Source: Hydrolagus colliei
Taxonomy: Eukaryota
Direction of reading: 5' to 3'
Assembly (NCBI GenBank): GCA_035084275.1
Contig: CM068747.1
Span: forward strand, 7,874,001-7,938,000
Length of the DNA stretch: 64,000 bases
Within the stretch, counting starts at the first letter, position 1. Each line of letters starts with the position of its first letter. The notes beneath the pieces were generated by a model, which saw only the letters and a program-made list of their open reading frames with translations, was not told where the DNA came from and did not search any database. Below are positions 39,147-51,665 of this stretch, piece by piece. Both the position numbers and the translations under genes were made by a program.

Positions 39147-39850
39147 CTTGTGCACCGCCTATTTCCACCTGTGCAACATTGCCAGGCTACGCAACTATCT
39201 CCCCCCCACGGTGCCGAAACACTCGTGCAAGCGTACATCACCTCACGGCTGGACTACGGAAACTCTCTCCTCGTCGGCCTCCCCAGCTCCTCCATTCACA
39301 GGCTGCAGGTCATCCAAAACTCTGCAGCCCGTGTACTATCCCGCACCCACCTCCACGACCACATAACCTCCACCCTCGCTCGTCTCCACTGGCTCCCCAT
39401 CCTCCAGAGGATCGAGTTCAAGATCCTCGTCCTCAACTTCAAGGCCTTACACGGCCTTGCCACGCCCTATTTAACCGATTTACTCTCCCCCTATAAGCCC
39501 ACCCGGACCCTCCGTTCAGCAGGACTTGGCCTGCTCCAAGCCTCCTGCCCGAACCGCCCCACCATCGGAGGCTGGGCCTTCAGTTTCTCCGCTCCCACCC
39601 TGTGGAATTCCATCCGCCAATCCCTCCACCTTGCTTCCTCCCTTTCCTCTTTCAAGGCCGGTTTGAAGGCTTTCCTCTTCGACCGTGCCTTTTGTTCCCC
39701 CCCGAACTTTTCGACCTCCTCTACGTGTTTCACCCCTTCCTGAACACTCCCCTCCCAGCTCGGGTCACACGCCTCCTGTGCAGCGCCTTGGGACGTCCTC
39801 CCGACGTGAAAGACGCTTTATAAGTTTAAATTGTTGTTGTTGTTGTTGTG
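39147..39850 (+). mobile_element. L2 LINE 3' fragment, well preserved
   Basis: AETLVQAYITSRLDYGNSLLVGLP..LQVIQNSAAR..HIT..LHWLP..RIEFK..GGWAFSFSAPTLWNS (L2 ORF2 C-terminus); gacgtc tail stem-loop and (TTG)n. Confidence 0.95.
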
Positions 39851-42800
39851 GGCTCCCTGTCCTTTGGTTAGGTTAATTTATCCTTTAATGCATCTGTTGT
39901 GACCCTTTTGGATTGTGTTTGTTATGCAACTCTATGAGGAATAACATTTGGAATGTGTGAAACAGGTTGTCTAATTTTGTTTTGAGTAAAAGGATGTCTC
40001 AAAAGACTTTACATAGCTGGCTGAGCACCTGAACTGGGGCAGGATCAGGAAAACACCAACAATGGAGACTGCCTGTGAATGGCCATCTCACCTCGGTACC
40101 AATGGGGAAATGGTCTTTTTAATTCAGTCCAATAGAATAAATGGAATGAAAGATGCGACAAGCTGAGCCTAGGCCATCAAAAAGATGCCATGAATAATGG
40201 TTTGAATATTAATAACTGTCCAAGCTGTTTCCTTTTTAAACTATAAATTATCAAAGTTAGATAAATTCCAAAATTAACAACATGCATTTTAAAAGTAAAT
40301 GAACAGTCTCTTAAAATCTTTCAAGCAGCTTGGGTCTGGAATCCCTTTTAATGTTTTAAAATAATTTAACGTGTACTTGACAGAGGACCTGTGCCACTCT
40401 AGCAGAATTTCCATATAAAACACTATAAATGAATGCAAATGTGCAATTTGGTGTACAGGCAATTAAAGGCAGGGTTGTTTAAATTACAAATCAGATCTCT
40501 CACTGACAGTAACATGGATTAGTTTCTATTTTAAGGTGAGGATTCATCAACCACCTAATTTCAAATCAATAGAAACAAACATCCTACAAATTTTGCTTTC
40601 AGTCTCCAGAAATCTACTTCTGCAGAGTAGAAAGTGATTAGAAACGTCAACCATACAATTATTGTTTCTTTATGCTATAATCTGAACAATAAAAAAAAAC
40701 TGTAGTTTGGGTCAGTGTATCGAAAGATGAGATTTTGTGCACATTCTTCTCTCCAGTGCTTGCTCAGCTCGGCTCTTGTTTCCTCAGCAAATTACTGGTC
40801 AATTACAAGGCCCTGTGGGTCAGTGTTCATTTAGCTTAATGGCAAGTTGTAAGAATATTCCATTTGACTGTGCGTGGGTGCTGGCTAATGAATACACAGA
40901 CAGAGCAGAGCGATTGGTCTGCTGTTTGACAGGAAGTGTATGTGGGCAGATGACAAAGATCACCTCTTCAACTCAAGAGACAGAACGTTTAATGCTAAGC
41001 TCAACAAAGCAGCTACACAAATTACAGACTTCTCGGTGTCAACCCACTCGTACAATTTCAGTTTTCTTTGAATTACAGTACACTCAATGGTGGAAGCTTT
41101 GTTGCTTAAACAGTGGTGACTTACACAAAAAGCCTTTAATTTATTCACTCACAATTGTGATACTTTCATTCATTTTCATCTAACCAGTACTGTCAGTATA
41201 AAATACTGCACCACTAAAATTGAGCAATAAACACAACATGAACGGCTTTCTTCTAGTCATTTAAATCCTTTAACCTAATTATTAAGAAAATGTACCCAAA
41301 ACAGGCTATTTTAATCCATGGATAAAGTATAATATTGATTTTACACTCAGCAATCTCTAAACAAGCATTCATTCAGATTTCCTCAAACCTCAGGGAACAG
41401 TAACTTAAATATGATCAAGGGATTAACGGTTCAAGGCTAATCTTTAAAACATTTTTGTTTCTAAATCCAAACAAAACATACATTCCAGAAGAAGTCATAC
41501 TTTTGAAAATGAGCATCATATTTCACTATCCTCACTATTTTCATTTCCTGAATGATCCATTTGTCTCAATATTTCTGACAAGCATTCCTAATGTCAAGTA
41601 AGGTGCAAGCTTTATTTCACATCAAACTAATAGAGTTCTTTGACAGAACCACTGAGGTGATAGATAGAGATAGAAGAATGATAGATTTGTAGAAGGCATT
41701 TGATAAAGTACCTCATAAGGGACCACAGTTGGTTAAACCTGCTACACAGTATAATTGAACACAATACCTTTAAGAGTATCTGGCAATAGCTTTCCAATTT
41801 TCTGACCAATTGCAACAAATGTTGTGCAATACAACTATAGCAAAGGAATTACTTAGGTAACACAGGCTTTGTTTGCCTTGGATGTGTTCTTTACTTAGTA
41901 CATACAACAGTTTAAATAGAAGAAATATATGCAGCACTGCTAGTTCTTGTTTTTTAGCTGCAGGTTTGAATCTGACCAACCATGTTTTAATCCTTAACAT
42001 GCATTTGGTGTGCTAACTGAATGCAATTCAAATTCATTAAACAGGTAAAGTAGAATAGTAGGTAGGTTTAACGTCACATACAAAGGTGAGTTTCACAAGT
42101 AGTGCCATTGCAAAGTCTTGAGCTATGCAGTATATTTCAGTCACATCAAATTGACCAATAAACCAAACAAGCAAAAATGTTACTTTGAAATGTTACAATA
42201 AATACATAATAATTCGGTTCATTGAATGTTTCAAGACCTGAAATAGGATTTAAATAAAATGGAACTGGGTTGTGGCAAAAGCAGAAAGAAATTAAGCACT
42301 GGCAGCTACATGCCCACAATTTATCAAAATGTAAAAAGTCTTAACACTTGAAACGCTATTGGAACAGGATCTTGGCACATCTGTTAATCCTATTTCTACA
42401 TATTTTCTCCATATACCTTAATACTGTACCTCTATTTTCCCAAGTATTTTCTAAATATCTCAGTTGATTCTACCTCTACCATCTTCTGAGCCAACAATTG
42501 TATTATGATAATAGTTTCTATGTAATGTTGTCTCACTTCAAACTGACCAACTTTCAATTTGAAAAGCATATCCTCTTGCTTTGGAAATCTATCAGAAGGA
42601 AGAGGTATCTAATGTTGTTGCAGTTTGGGCTCTAACAACACAGGGGCCATCTGATTAACACTGTCTAGTCCAGGATATTATACAAGCTCCTAGACTGTAA
42701 CTTACTTATAGTTCACTTTCAATTGTCTATTATTTCACATGTAAAACTGCCAGATCTTGCAAAGATTTTGAATGATTCCTGAATGGACTCGCAACAAAAT

Positions 42801-43353
42801 AGGGAAATTTTATTTTCCAGCACCAAAGATGATCAAAAAAGCACCTTACTAGGCGCTCTTTAATGATATTCAAAATCAATCTTCAATTTTGGTTTCCTCC
42901 ATGCTTTTCAGTTTTGCTCCCAGCAATACAACAGCATTAAAAACATATTAATCCATGCGACAGCTGCTTCAAAGCAATTTTTTTTCTAAAAGAATATAGC
43001 AGCTTTTATGAAGATAATTTGGGAGTCGATAGACTTCCTTGAGAAAAAAAGCCAACAGAAAAAGCAACTATATGCACATCAAAGGATAGCTACATTGCAT
43101 TTCAAGCATGTAGCCTCAATGTTAATTTAAAACAAGCTATAAGACAGAATTACATTAACTATATGTAAGCAATTTTAGTATACGCAAGTTTTCAGTAGCA
43201 AGTCTTTTAAAAGACTCGTGGTTCACTTGTGTGAACAAAAATAAAAGTTCAAATAGCCCCCCAAAAATGGATTCGACTCAGTCAAAAAAAATTGTTTAAT
43301 TTACCGATATACAGAAATTCATGAGTAATGTCTAGTGCTTTATACTACAATAC

Positions 43354-43475
43354 CTGTTTTTCTGAGTGGAAAGTCATCTTTGGGATCATACATCCCCAGC
43401 ACCGGGTGATTGTATGAGGCAGATATACTGCTCTGAGGTGGAGAACTCTGGTCCAGTGAGCCATGCTGGGTTTTT
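43354..43475 (-). CDS. HDAC4: HDAC4 exon, 122 nt: [40 protein letters not shown](A)
   Basis: Translated by hand; acceptor ctgcag|A, donor AG|gtattg. Confidence 0.96.
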
Positions 43476-43794
43476 CTGCAGGAAAGAGAAGTCACATCAA
43501 AGAATCAACTTGAAATTCATTCACGTCCACAGGTATGAAATCTGAAATCCGTGGAAATGTGATGTACAAACAGGAAATGGCATTTTATAACGAGCACAAA
43601 TTGTACTACAAAATGACTGCAAAGCCATTAAAAAGTTGAAAAGATAATTTCAAAAAGTGAAGGCTGATGAATTGCCTAGGTATTCAAGAAACTGGTGCCA
43701 CAAATTTATTTTAATAGAATAAAAGAGCAACTTCTTGAAAATGTCTACAGTAAGGTACACGATTGGCCTGTGAATGGTGAGACAGAACATCTCA

Positions 43795-44090
43795 ATAATA
43801 ATAGTAGTAGACTTTGCATTTGATATAGCGCTTTATTATGTCTTCAAAACTTCTTGAAAGACTTCACGGAATATACTGTAAAGTATATTGAGCTGAAATG
43901 TGGCAGCTAATTGTGCAAAGCAGTGTCCCACAAACACTTATGGATTGAGTGACCAATTTATTATAAAAAAAATTGAAATAATTATTATCTCCAGAATAGC
44001 GTTCTGCCAAATTACCAACAATTGGGTTTCTACTTACTGCTTGGTAAACAGTGGCACGTGGAGTAAAGAAACTTCATTCACAGCCTTGAC
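43795..44090 (-). mobile_element. SINE, long form
   Basis: Tail, body and the ctacttactgcttggtaaaca segment before gtggagtaaagaaact. Confidence 0.82.
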
Positions 44091-44099
44091 CCCTTCTAT

Positions 44100-44445
44100 C
44101 TCTCCAACCTGCTGATTCCCTATGAACTTGCCCCCTCTCTCAGTTCAGCGGGCTCTGGTTTGCTCCATGTCCCATGGCCACCCATCGGTGGACGGGCTTT
44201 TAGCCTCTCTGCCCCCACAGTTTGGAACTCCATCCCACAGTCCCTTTGCCTCGCTTCCTCCCTTGCCTCCTTCAAGGCTGGTCTCAAGACCCTCCTCTTC
44301 GATCGTGCCTTCTTCTGCCCGCTCAACTCTCTCCCTCCACCCCCACCCCCACCCCCACCTAACCTACCCCTCCCCAAGCTTGGGACCCAACCTGACTGTT
44401 CAGCGCCTTGGGATGTCCTGGCACTCTATAAATGTAGTTGTTGTT
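44100..44445 (+). mobile_element. L2 LINE 3' end
   Basis: IGGRAFSLSAPTVWNSIPQSL..FKAGLKTLLFDRAF. Confidence 0.9.
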
Positions 44446-46386
44446 TACCATTGGGAGAGATAAATCTTTCATTACTTTGGCCCCGCAAAACTCTGAGATC
44501 AAATTAACATAAAAAAGAAGTTAATCTCTACTGGCATTTATATTGTGGATATGGAAAGACTGAAGGCTACATACTTGCAAGAGTTAAATCCTCTTAATGC
44601 TTGCCTGCAATCAGTGCAGCACCAAGGATACATTGGCTCAGTGCCTTGTCTATGTTAAAACCTGAGCTCCTAAGTGTGCATATTCAAAAATAAACAAATC
44701 TCTGGCATTCAGAATTGCTTGTGCAGCACTGATCATATTTCATATAATGTAAACAATAATTCAATAAAGCAGAATATCAAATGAATCAACCTGACTCACA
44801 GTAACAACTTTAAAAAATACGGCCATTGTGCCATTGAGCAACATCAAATGTGAGCAGATTTGACTCTGGGGTATAATATAGGAGGTGGTAGCACAAGCAG
44901 CAACAACTTGCATTTATATAGTCCCCCTTATACAGGTTAGAGTCCCAGAGCACCACCAGAGTAACATCAGAAAAAAATCAACTGGAAAATAGCTAATCTC
45001 TCAGGCTGGACTAAAACTATCTCGCCATTCTTTAGTTGCTCCATGAACTAAGTCAAAGTGGGCCAGCAAATACTGGGTTGTCATCACAACTATCTTCTTC
45101 CTATTGATCAGTAACTTGTATCTCATTCACCAACTTCACCCACTGCTTCCATACTACCTGAAGGCAGTAATACATTACACCTTTGGAAAACACAACTCGC
45201 TACACTTATTGTAACCATGGAAGTCAGCAAGTCATTAAAAGAAATGGTTCAATGGGTAATAACACTGGAGACCATGAGGCAACATCTCTGAATGTCCGTT
45301 TGTGTTGATTTAGTGGATCTCAGCCAGGTAAGTGGTTCCTCAAAAACAGTGGTTCTTTCCCCATCCTCCTTAATGCACATAAAAATATTTTAAAAACAGT
45401 TTGCTTTTTACTGAGGAGCAACATTAACACCGACTAACATGAGCACTCATGTAATAATACTCCTTACATTTGGTATTGCACCCTCACATCTGGATGGCAT
45501 TCCAAAATGTTTCACAGAATGCAAAGTAATTAATGGTTTTGTGGGCTACTGCTGTAATCTTTGGCATGAGGACCAGCAATGGAGGCACAAAAGAGCGAGT
45601 GGTAACCACATTGGGTATAAAAGAATGAAAAATTGCTTTTTCTCCTGAGAAATTGTTTTTTAAAACTTGTACAAAAATAGTAAAGCTCTACAACTTTTCA
45701 AACTTACAATGAATTGTCTGCAGGCAAAATCTAGCATGGGCCCCAATTCATTGTATTCCCTTTGCTCCAAATACCAATCTTCCTAACCAGTGAATGGAAG
45801 ACAATAGAAAACAGCAGCAATTTATACGGAAAGCTAATACGAGGCACTCAGACACTCTGTACAGTGTAATTTCAGTACTCAGGACAGTGTTATTTCATGT
45901 TAATAATGGAAGCAGTAGAAATGCAATTTGCCAGCATTTGGCTTCTGATCTTCACAAGCGAGGGGAAAAAAATCTCATGTAAAATATCGCAAGGAAACAT
46001 ATCAGACAAATCTTTCAAAGATATATTTGCCTAAGGTGAAAAGGATATGGTCACCTTATGACATTAATTCTCTAATTACCAATACTAAATTAAAAATTCT
46101 CAATACATTTAAGAATCGCAAACTTAAAATTGTCATGCAGGATAGAGCAATTTTGGAAACACAGGGAATTGTTTCAAAAAGCTTATTCACTCACAAGGTT
46201 GCTTCCAAGGAAAAGCAATACATATAAAGTACATTGGCAACTGAGATAATTACGTTTCTCCAAGCTGGATTCTTAGTTAAAAACATATTGCACATATTAT
46301 GTAAGACATGATTTAGAAATTCCTCATTGAACACGATGAGAAAGCATATGTCAGCTTTCTCATCACTGCGGGTACTGAGTACTTAC

Positions 46387-46507
46387 CCGTACCAAAATCT
46401 TGGGTCATTTGGGAGGGAATGATTTATTGCCCTGTGTGCTGCAGCTTTCTTTTTATTCAGCACAAACTCCTGAAGTCTCAGTTTCACTTCTGTGCTTGCT
46501 ACTGCAC
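46387..46507 (-). CDS. HDAC4: HDAC4 exon, 121 nt: (S)[39 protein letters not shown](G); MEF2-binding motif
   Basis: Translated by hand (not in ORF track); acceptor cctag|GT, donor GG|gtaagt. Confidence 0.96.
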
Positions 46508-46596
46508 CTAGGAAATGGATGAAGTTTTCAGATTAGCACAGAAATTCAATTTAAAACCATCAGGAATATTGGGCCCGATTTTGTTTTATCATAAGC

Positions 46597-47625
46597 ATCC
46601 TTACATTTGATATAACGCCTTATCACATCTTTGAGTCATCTTAAAACACTTCACAGAATATACTGTGAAGTGACTGAACTGTATATTTTTTGGGCGAAAC
46701 GCAGCAGTCAATTCCACTGAGCAGTGTCCCACAAACAGGATTGAGTGACTAAATTAATGTTATTATTTCTTTTTGAAGGGATTATTACCCCCAGAAAAGC
46801 GATCTGTCAAATAACTAACAACAACAACAAAATATATTTGTAAAGTGCCTTTCATGTCAGGGGGGATGTTCCCAGGTGCTAACAGTTGGCCGCTGATGAT
46901 AGGGCAGATCAGGCAGGAGACTACGAGCAGGCTGGAGCCTGCTGAATGGAGGGAGCAGACAGGTTGATAAGGGGTCAGCAGGTCGGAGATCTAGGAGTGG
47001 ACAAGGGTGTGGAGGGACTTGAAAGATGAGGATTTTGAATTCTATCCTCTGAGGATGGGGAGCCTGTGGAGTTGGGCGAGGGTGGGGGTGATGTAGTCAT
47101 GGAGCTTGGTGCAGGAGAGGATAAGCTGCAGTGTTCTGGATGATCTGCAGCTTGTGGAGGGAAGAGTTGGGGAGGCCGACAAAGAGGGAGTGTCCAAAGT
47201 CGAGCCTTGAGGTGGTGAATGTGTGCACAAGGGTTTCGACATTTTGAAGTGTGAGGCAGTGGTGGAGTTGGGCAATGTTGTGGAGGTGCGGGAAGGCACA
47301 GTGGGTCATAGTAAGTATATGGAGGAGAAAGGACAGTTGAGGGTTGAATACGAGGTCCAGGTTCCTAACTGGCTTGGTGAGGTGGATTATATAACTGTGA
47401 ATACTGATGCTGCTGATGCCTGCGGTGCTTAGGCACTGGCGAGAGATAATCAAGAAGGCCTTGGTCTTTCTGACATTTAGCTGTAGAAAGTTGGCTCTCA
47501 TCCATAACTTGATATATAGAAGGTCTGTCAAGATGAAATCCAGGGTGGAGTAAGGAAACTTATCCAACGCTTTGCCTGGCCTTCTCACTTGTGAGATGAA
47601 TGCTCTCACCGCTGAGCTACAGTAA
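46597..47625 (-). mobile_element. Long-form SINE split by an L2 insertion (SINE ~46597-46815 and ~47540-47625; L2 ~46815-47535)
   Basis: SINE body stops at a (caa)n L2 tail and resumes at gtggagtaaggaaac; the L2 part encodes LQLNVRKTK and TSRLDFGHSLFVGLP..LQIIQNTAA. Confidence 0.85.
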
Positions 47626-47629
47626 TGAT

Positions 47630-47918
47630 AGTTATCCTTGCATTTGATATAGCACGTTTAATGTCTTCTAGACGTCCCACAGCGCTTCACAGAATATACT
47701 GTAAAATCAATCGACTGTAAATTTGTGGGAGAAACATGGCAGCCAATTGCGGACAGCAGTGTCCCCTAAACAGTCTTGGATTGAAATGACCAATTCATAA
47801 TTTTTTTGAGGGATTATTATTAGGCTTGTGGAGTAAGGAAACTTGCCCAAGGTTTCACCCCGCCTGGAATTGAACACACATCTCACGCTTGTAAGGCAAG
47901 TGCTCTAACAGGACCTCC
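47630..47918 (-). mobile_element. SINE, full-length short form (TAC loop)
   Basis: Tail through cgcttgtaaggcaagtgctctaac. Confidence 0.9.
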
Positions 47919-50451
47919 ATCATCATTTAATACATCAACCATAAGACACATTCTACAATAGGTCCAAATAAAACGATTACCCTCTCCTGCCCCCCTCCCA
48001 CCCCACCGATTAAACGAGGGGGAGAAAGCTGTAGAATAAGGTTATCTAAATATATTTACTTTTATCTGAAAATAAGAAGGCGCCACATTTGATGAACATT
48101 TAAATACACAAGCTGGTTTCAAATCCCTCAACCACTTCCTATTCTCAAGGTCCGTTCTGAGTTTGTTCCTCACTGAAGGAGAAAGGACATCAAACCCATG
48201 TTACCAGTTTTTTTAAAACATTACATTTAGCCAAGTGGTTGGCTAAATTTAGCTAAAAGGAAACATCTTGCTCAATTCTAAAATACTTTGTTGAAGGAGG
48301 AAACCACTGACCGATTAAAAATATCTTCAACTTCTATTCTGGATTCCTAACTCAGGCTCATGCGCAATATATATGTTCTCAGCAACAAGTGGAAAGGAAC
48401 TGAAATTACTTTGAAACTATTACCCATATTAAATAATCTGTCACAGACTATGTCCAACTATAAGACTTATAATCACCAGCATTGGGAACCACTCTTAAGA
48501 AGCTGCAAAAAAAATCCGATGTTGAACACCATATGCTATAGTGCATTTCATTTATTAAAACATATGGCCAATATCAGACATTTCCTGATGGGAAGAGGCT
48601 GTTCCAAATAGTGGTTGAGAAGGTCCCAAAGCAATCATTCAAAAACCTGGCAGTTAACTCATGTATTCCCCAGTCTTTCTCTTTCCACCTCCGCCTCCTA
48701 GGCAAAACCAATTTATTTGATGCCGATAATCATGCTACTAGCCCTGAACAATGCTAAACAGGTAAGGAATGATCCGCAGTACTTCCATTTTCTTTGGATA
48801 TTGTTCAGCGTCATTTTTGGACGCTGAAATGGGGGAATGTAAAACAAGTGTACTTCCTTTTCCTAGGCAGGCATGGAAACAAAACAACTGGGAACTGAAT
48901 ATTTATTAATAATTAAAAGTTTTCTACTGCCACGAGATCACAACATCAGTTGGATAAAGACAATCCTTTAGCCCATCTAATCTCACCCCTACAAAACAGC
49001 CAATCCTACCACTACAGCATCAAGCTGCTTTATAAATAAATCCAGTGTCCTAGCCTCAGCGTCCCTTCTTGGCAATCTGCTCATCAGTATTTACCTGATG
49101 TCTGTCTTGAAATTTCCTATTGCAACTCTAAACTTATATTCTGTTGTTCTACTGTCTTGGTGCATCTGAAAATATGGTTCATGGTTTCATTTTCCAATCC
49201 CATATAACATTTTATTCCTCTTTCAGGTTCCATTTGAGTAGTCTTCTCTCCCACCTTATCTAAATGATTCTCAAACACTGGGGAAATCTTCATTACTCTC
49301 CTCTGCACTGCCTCAAAAGCTGAGATTCCCGTTATGTTGTGGTGGATCAAGGTTGGTGAAAGATAGTCAAGATTTGTCAAATTCATGATTGTTAACCAGT
49401 TTTACGTGTTAGGGTGGTGATTTATAATTAAAATTATACACAATCAATCCACTTTAGTCTATCCTGTAAAATGCTTTCAGAAGTGATATATATGGCACTA
49501 TATCAAATACAAAAATTATAATTATTACTAATTGCAGATCATCTCCCTAACACAAACTGGTAAACAGACTTAAAACTAAAAAGAAAAATGAAATTAAAGA
49601 TTGCTATGCATGAGCAACATAGTTTTGCCAGTTTGGATAATGCAGAACGCTTGGATTTTTTCGTCTGAAGTATGGTTAGCACCCAAAGGTGCCAACAATT
49701 TCAGCTAATTATAAAATTCATATTCTTCAGGCAAAAGCTCCCAAAGCACATGAACTCCTGTGTGGACTCTCTTCACACTTAAAAGTGGTGTGTCCTTCAG
49801 AGCTGTTTGAAGTGCAAAAAAGTGAAAATACCTGGAATATTGCCTGCTGTGATCCCCTGGCAATACTTGAAGGAAGTGGACTTACTTATACCTTTCAAAT
49901 GAACAATGAAGAAAATCTGGGCTCGGAAACAACATTGCAAAAAGAGCATATGCATGGGTTCACATATCAAAAACAAATTATGATCATTGAGGGAGTCTAA
50001 TTTTTTTGTGTACAACAGTGCAGGCTAACAACAACAAATTATATTTTTGTACAGTGCCTTTCATGTCAGGAGGATGCCCCAAAGACAACACTGAATATCC
50101 AACAATGAGCTCTGATGCAGAAATGAATTTGAGTGGCAATAAACAAAACAAATCCACTACTCGTGTATGTGCAAGACTTCTAGGCCAATTCACCAGCACA
50201 ATGCAACTTATGTAATTTGGGATGCTGCCTGGCGTGGAGGATGCTATATAAAATGCAAGTTATTGTGAGCTGGAAACATAAAGATGCTTAAAAGAGAATA
50301 AGAACAAGAAATAGTCAAAGACATAATGTGAGAGAGAGAGAGGAGAGAGACTGGGAGGAAAAGAGAAAGAGAAGGGCTTGCACTTAATTGTAACGTAATA
50401 ATAATAATCCTTGCATTTGATATAGGGCCTTATCGCACCCTTGAGACGTCT

Positions 50452-50920
50452 CAACAACAACAACAACTTTGATTTATATAGTGGCCTCCTCGCCAGACGG
50501 CGTCTCAGAGCACTTCACAATAGCGGATCCCGGGACCGAGCCAGGGGCAGGGGTAGAAAGATGACCAAAGGCGCGGTCGAAGAGAAAGGTCTTCAACTGG
50601 GACCTGAAACTGAGAAAAGAGGGGGCAAGACGAAGGTAGTGAGGGAGGGAATTCCAGAGCCTCAGGGCATAGTGGCTGAAGGCCCGGCCGCCATGGGTGG
50701 AGTGGAGGATTCGTGGGACATGAAGGAGGCCAGACCCGGTGGAGCGAAGGCAACGGGAGCTGAGGAGAGAGGAGGTCAGAGAGGTAGGGGGGTGCAGAGG
50801 AGTGGAGGGATTTGAAAACAAGGGTGAGGATCTTGAAGTCGATCCTCTCAGTGATAGGGAGCCAGTGAAGTCTGGTAAGTCTGCGGTAATGGGGGAGAGA
50901 AGTTAGGTGCGGGTCTCACA
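50452..50920 (-). mobile_element. L2 LINE 3' end (second subfamily), next to a SINE tail at ~50395-50452
   Basis: HGGRAFSHYALRLWNSLP..FRSQLKTFLFDRAF; (caa)n tail. Confidence 0.9.
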
Positions 50921-50924
50921 GGGC

Positions 50925-51665
50925 ATAGAATGTAAAAGTGTAAAAAACCTTTATAAAACACTGGTTAGGCCTCCGCTAGAGTTCTGTACTGTGTATAGTT
51001 CTGGGCACCACACTTAGGAAGGTTGTCAAGGCATTGGAGAGGGTGCAAAGGAGATTTACCAGGTTGGTCCCAGGAATGGGGAACTTCAGTTATCAAGAGA
51101 GGATAGAGAAGCTAGGATTATTGTCCATGGAGCAGAGAAGGTTAGGATGAGATTTAAAATAAGTTTTCAAAATTATGATGGGGTTCGATAGAGTGAACAA
51201 GCAGAAACTATTTCCACTGGCAAGTGGGTCAGTAACCACCAGAGGACACAGATTAAAAATAGTTGTTAAAAGAAACAGGAGAGATGAGAAGAAATGTTTT
51301 CACACAGTGAGTTGTTCAGATCTTGAATGCTTTGCCTGAAAGAGTGGTGGAAGATGATTTGATAACAACTTTTAAGAGAGAAGTAGATAAAAATAATACT
51401 TAGCATGTCTTCCAAGACATTTCAAATCGTTTCACAGAATATATAATAATCCTTGCATTTGATGTAGCGCTTTTCATGTCTTCTAGACATCTCAAAGAGC
51501 TTCACAGAATATACTGTAAACTGAATTGACTATATATTTATGGGTGAAATGTGGCAGCCATTTGCGCACAGCAGTGTCCCACAAAAAGTCGTGGATTGAA
51601 GGGACCAATTTATTATTGTGTTTTGTGTTTAGGGGAGGACAGGTTTGCAGAGCTATGGGGAGAGA
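50925..51665 (+). mobile_element. CR1 LINE 3' fragment interrupted at ~51392-51625
   Basis: ctttataaaacactggttaggcc, ttggagagggtgcaaaggagatttaccagg, agaggacacaga, ttgcctgaaagagtggtgg; resumes at tttgcagagctatgggg. Confidence 0.9.
51392..51625 (-). mobile_element. Composite SINE-in-SINE fragment inside a CR1 3' end
   Basis: Same junction as at 53270-53330. Confidence 0.82.

Noticed and set aside
39051-39743. 230-aa ORF as a host gene
   Set aside because: Chance fusion of intronic sequence to an L2 ORF2 C-terminal fragment.
40737-41183. 148-aa plus-strand ORF
   Set aside because: No recognisable homology or splice support; treated as a chance ORF.
48243-48252. MEF2 consensus site ctaaatttag (also ctatttttaa at 38653)
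   Set aside because: Expected by chance in 64 kb of AT-rich DNA; no supporting context.
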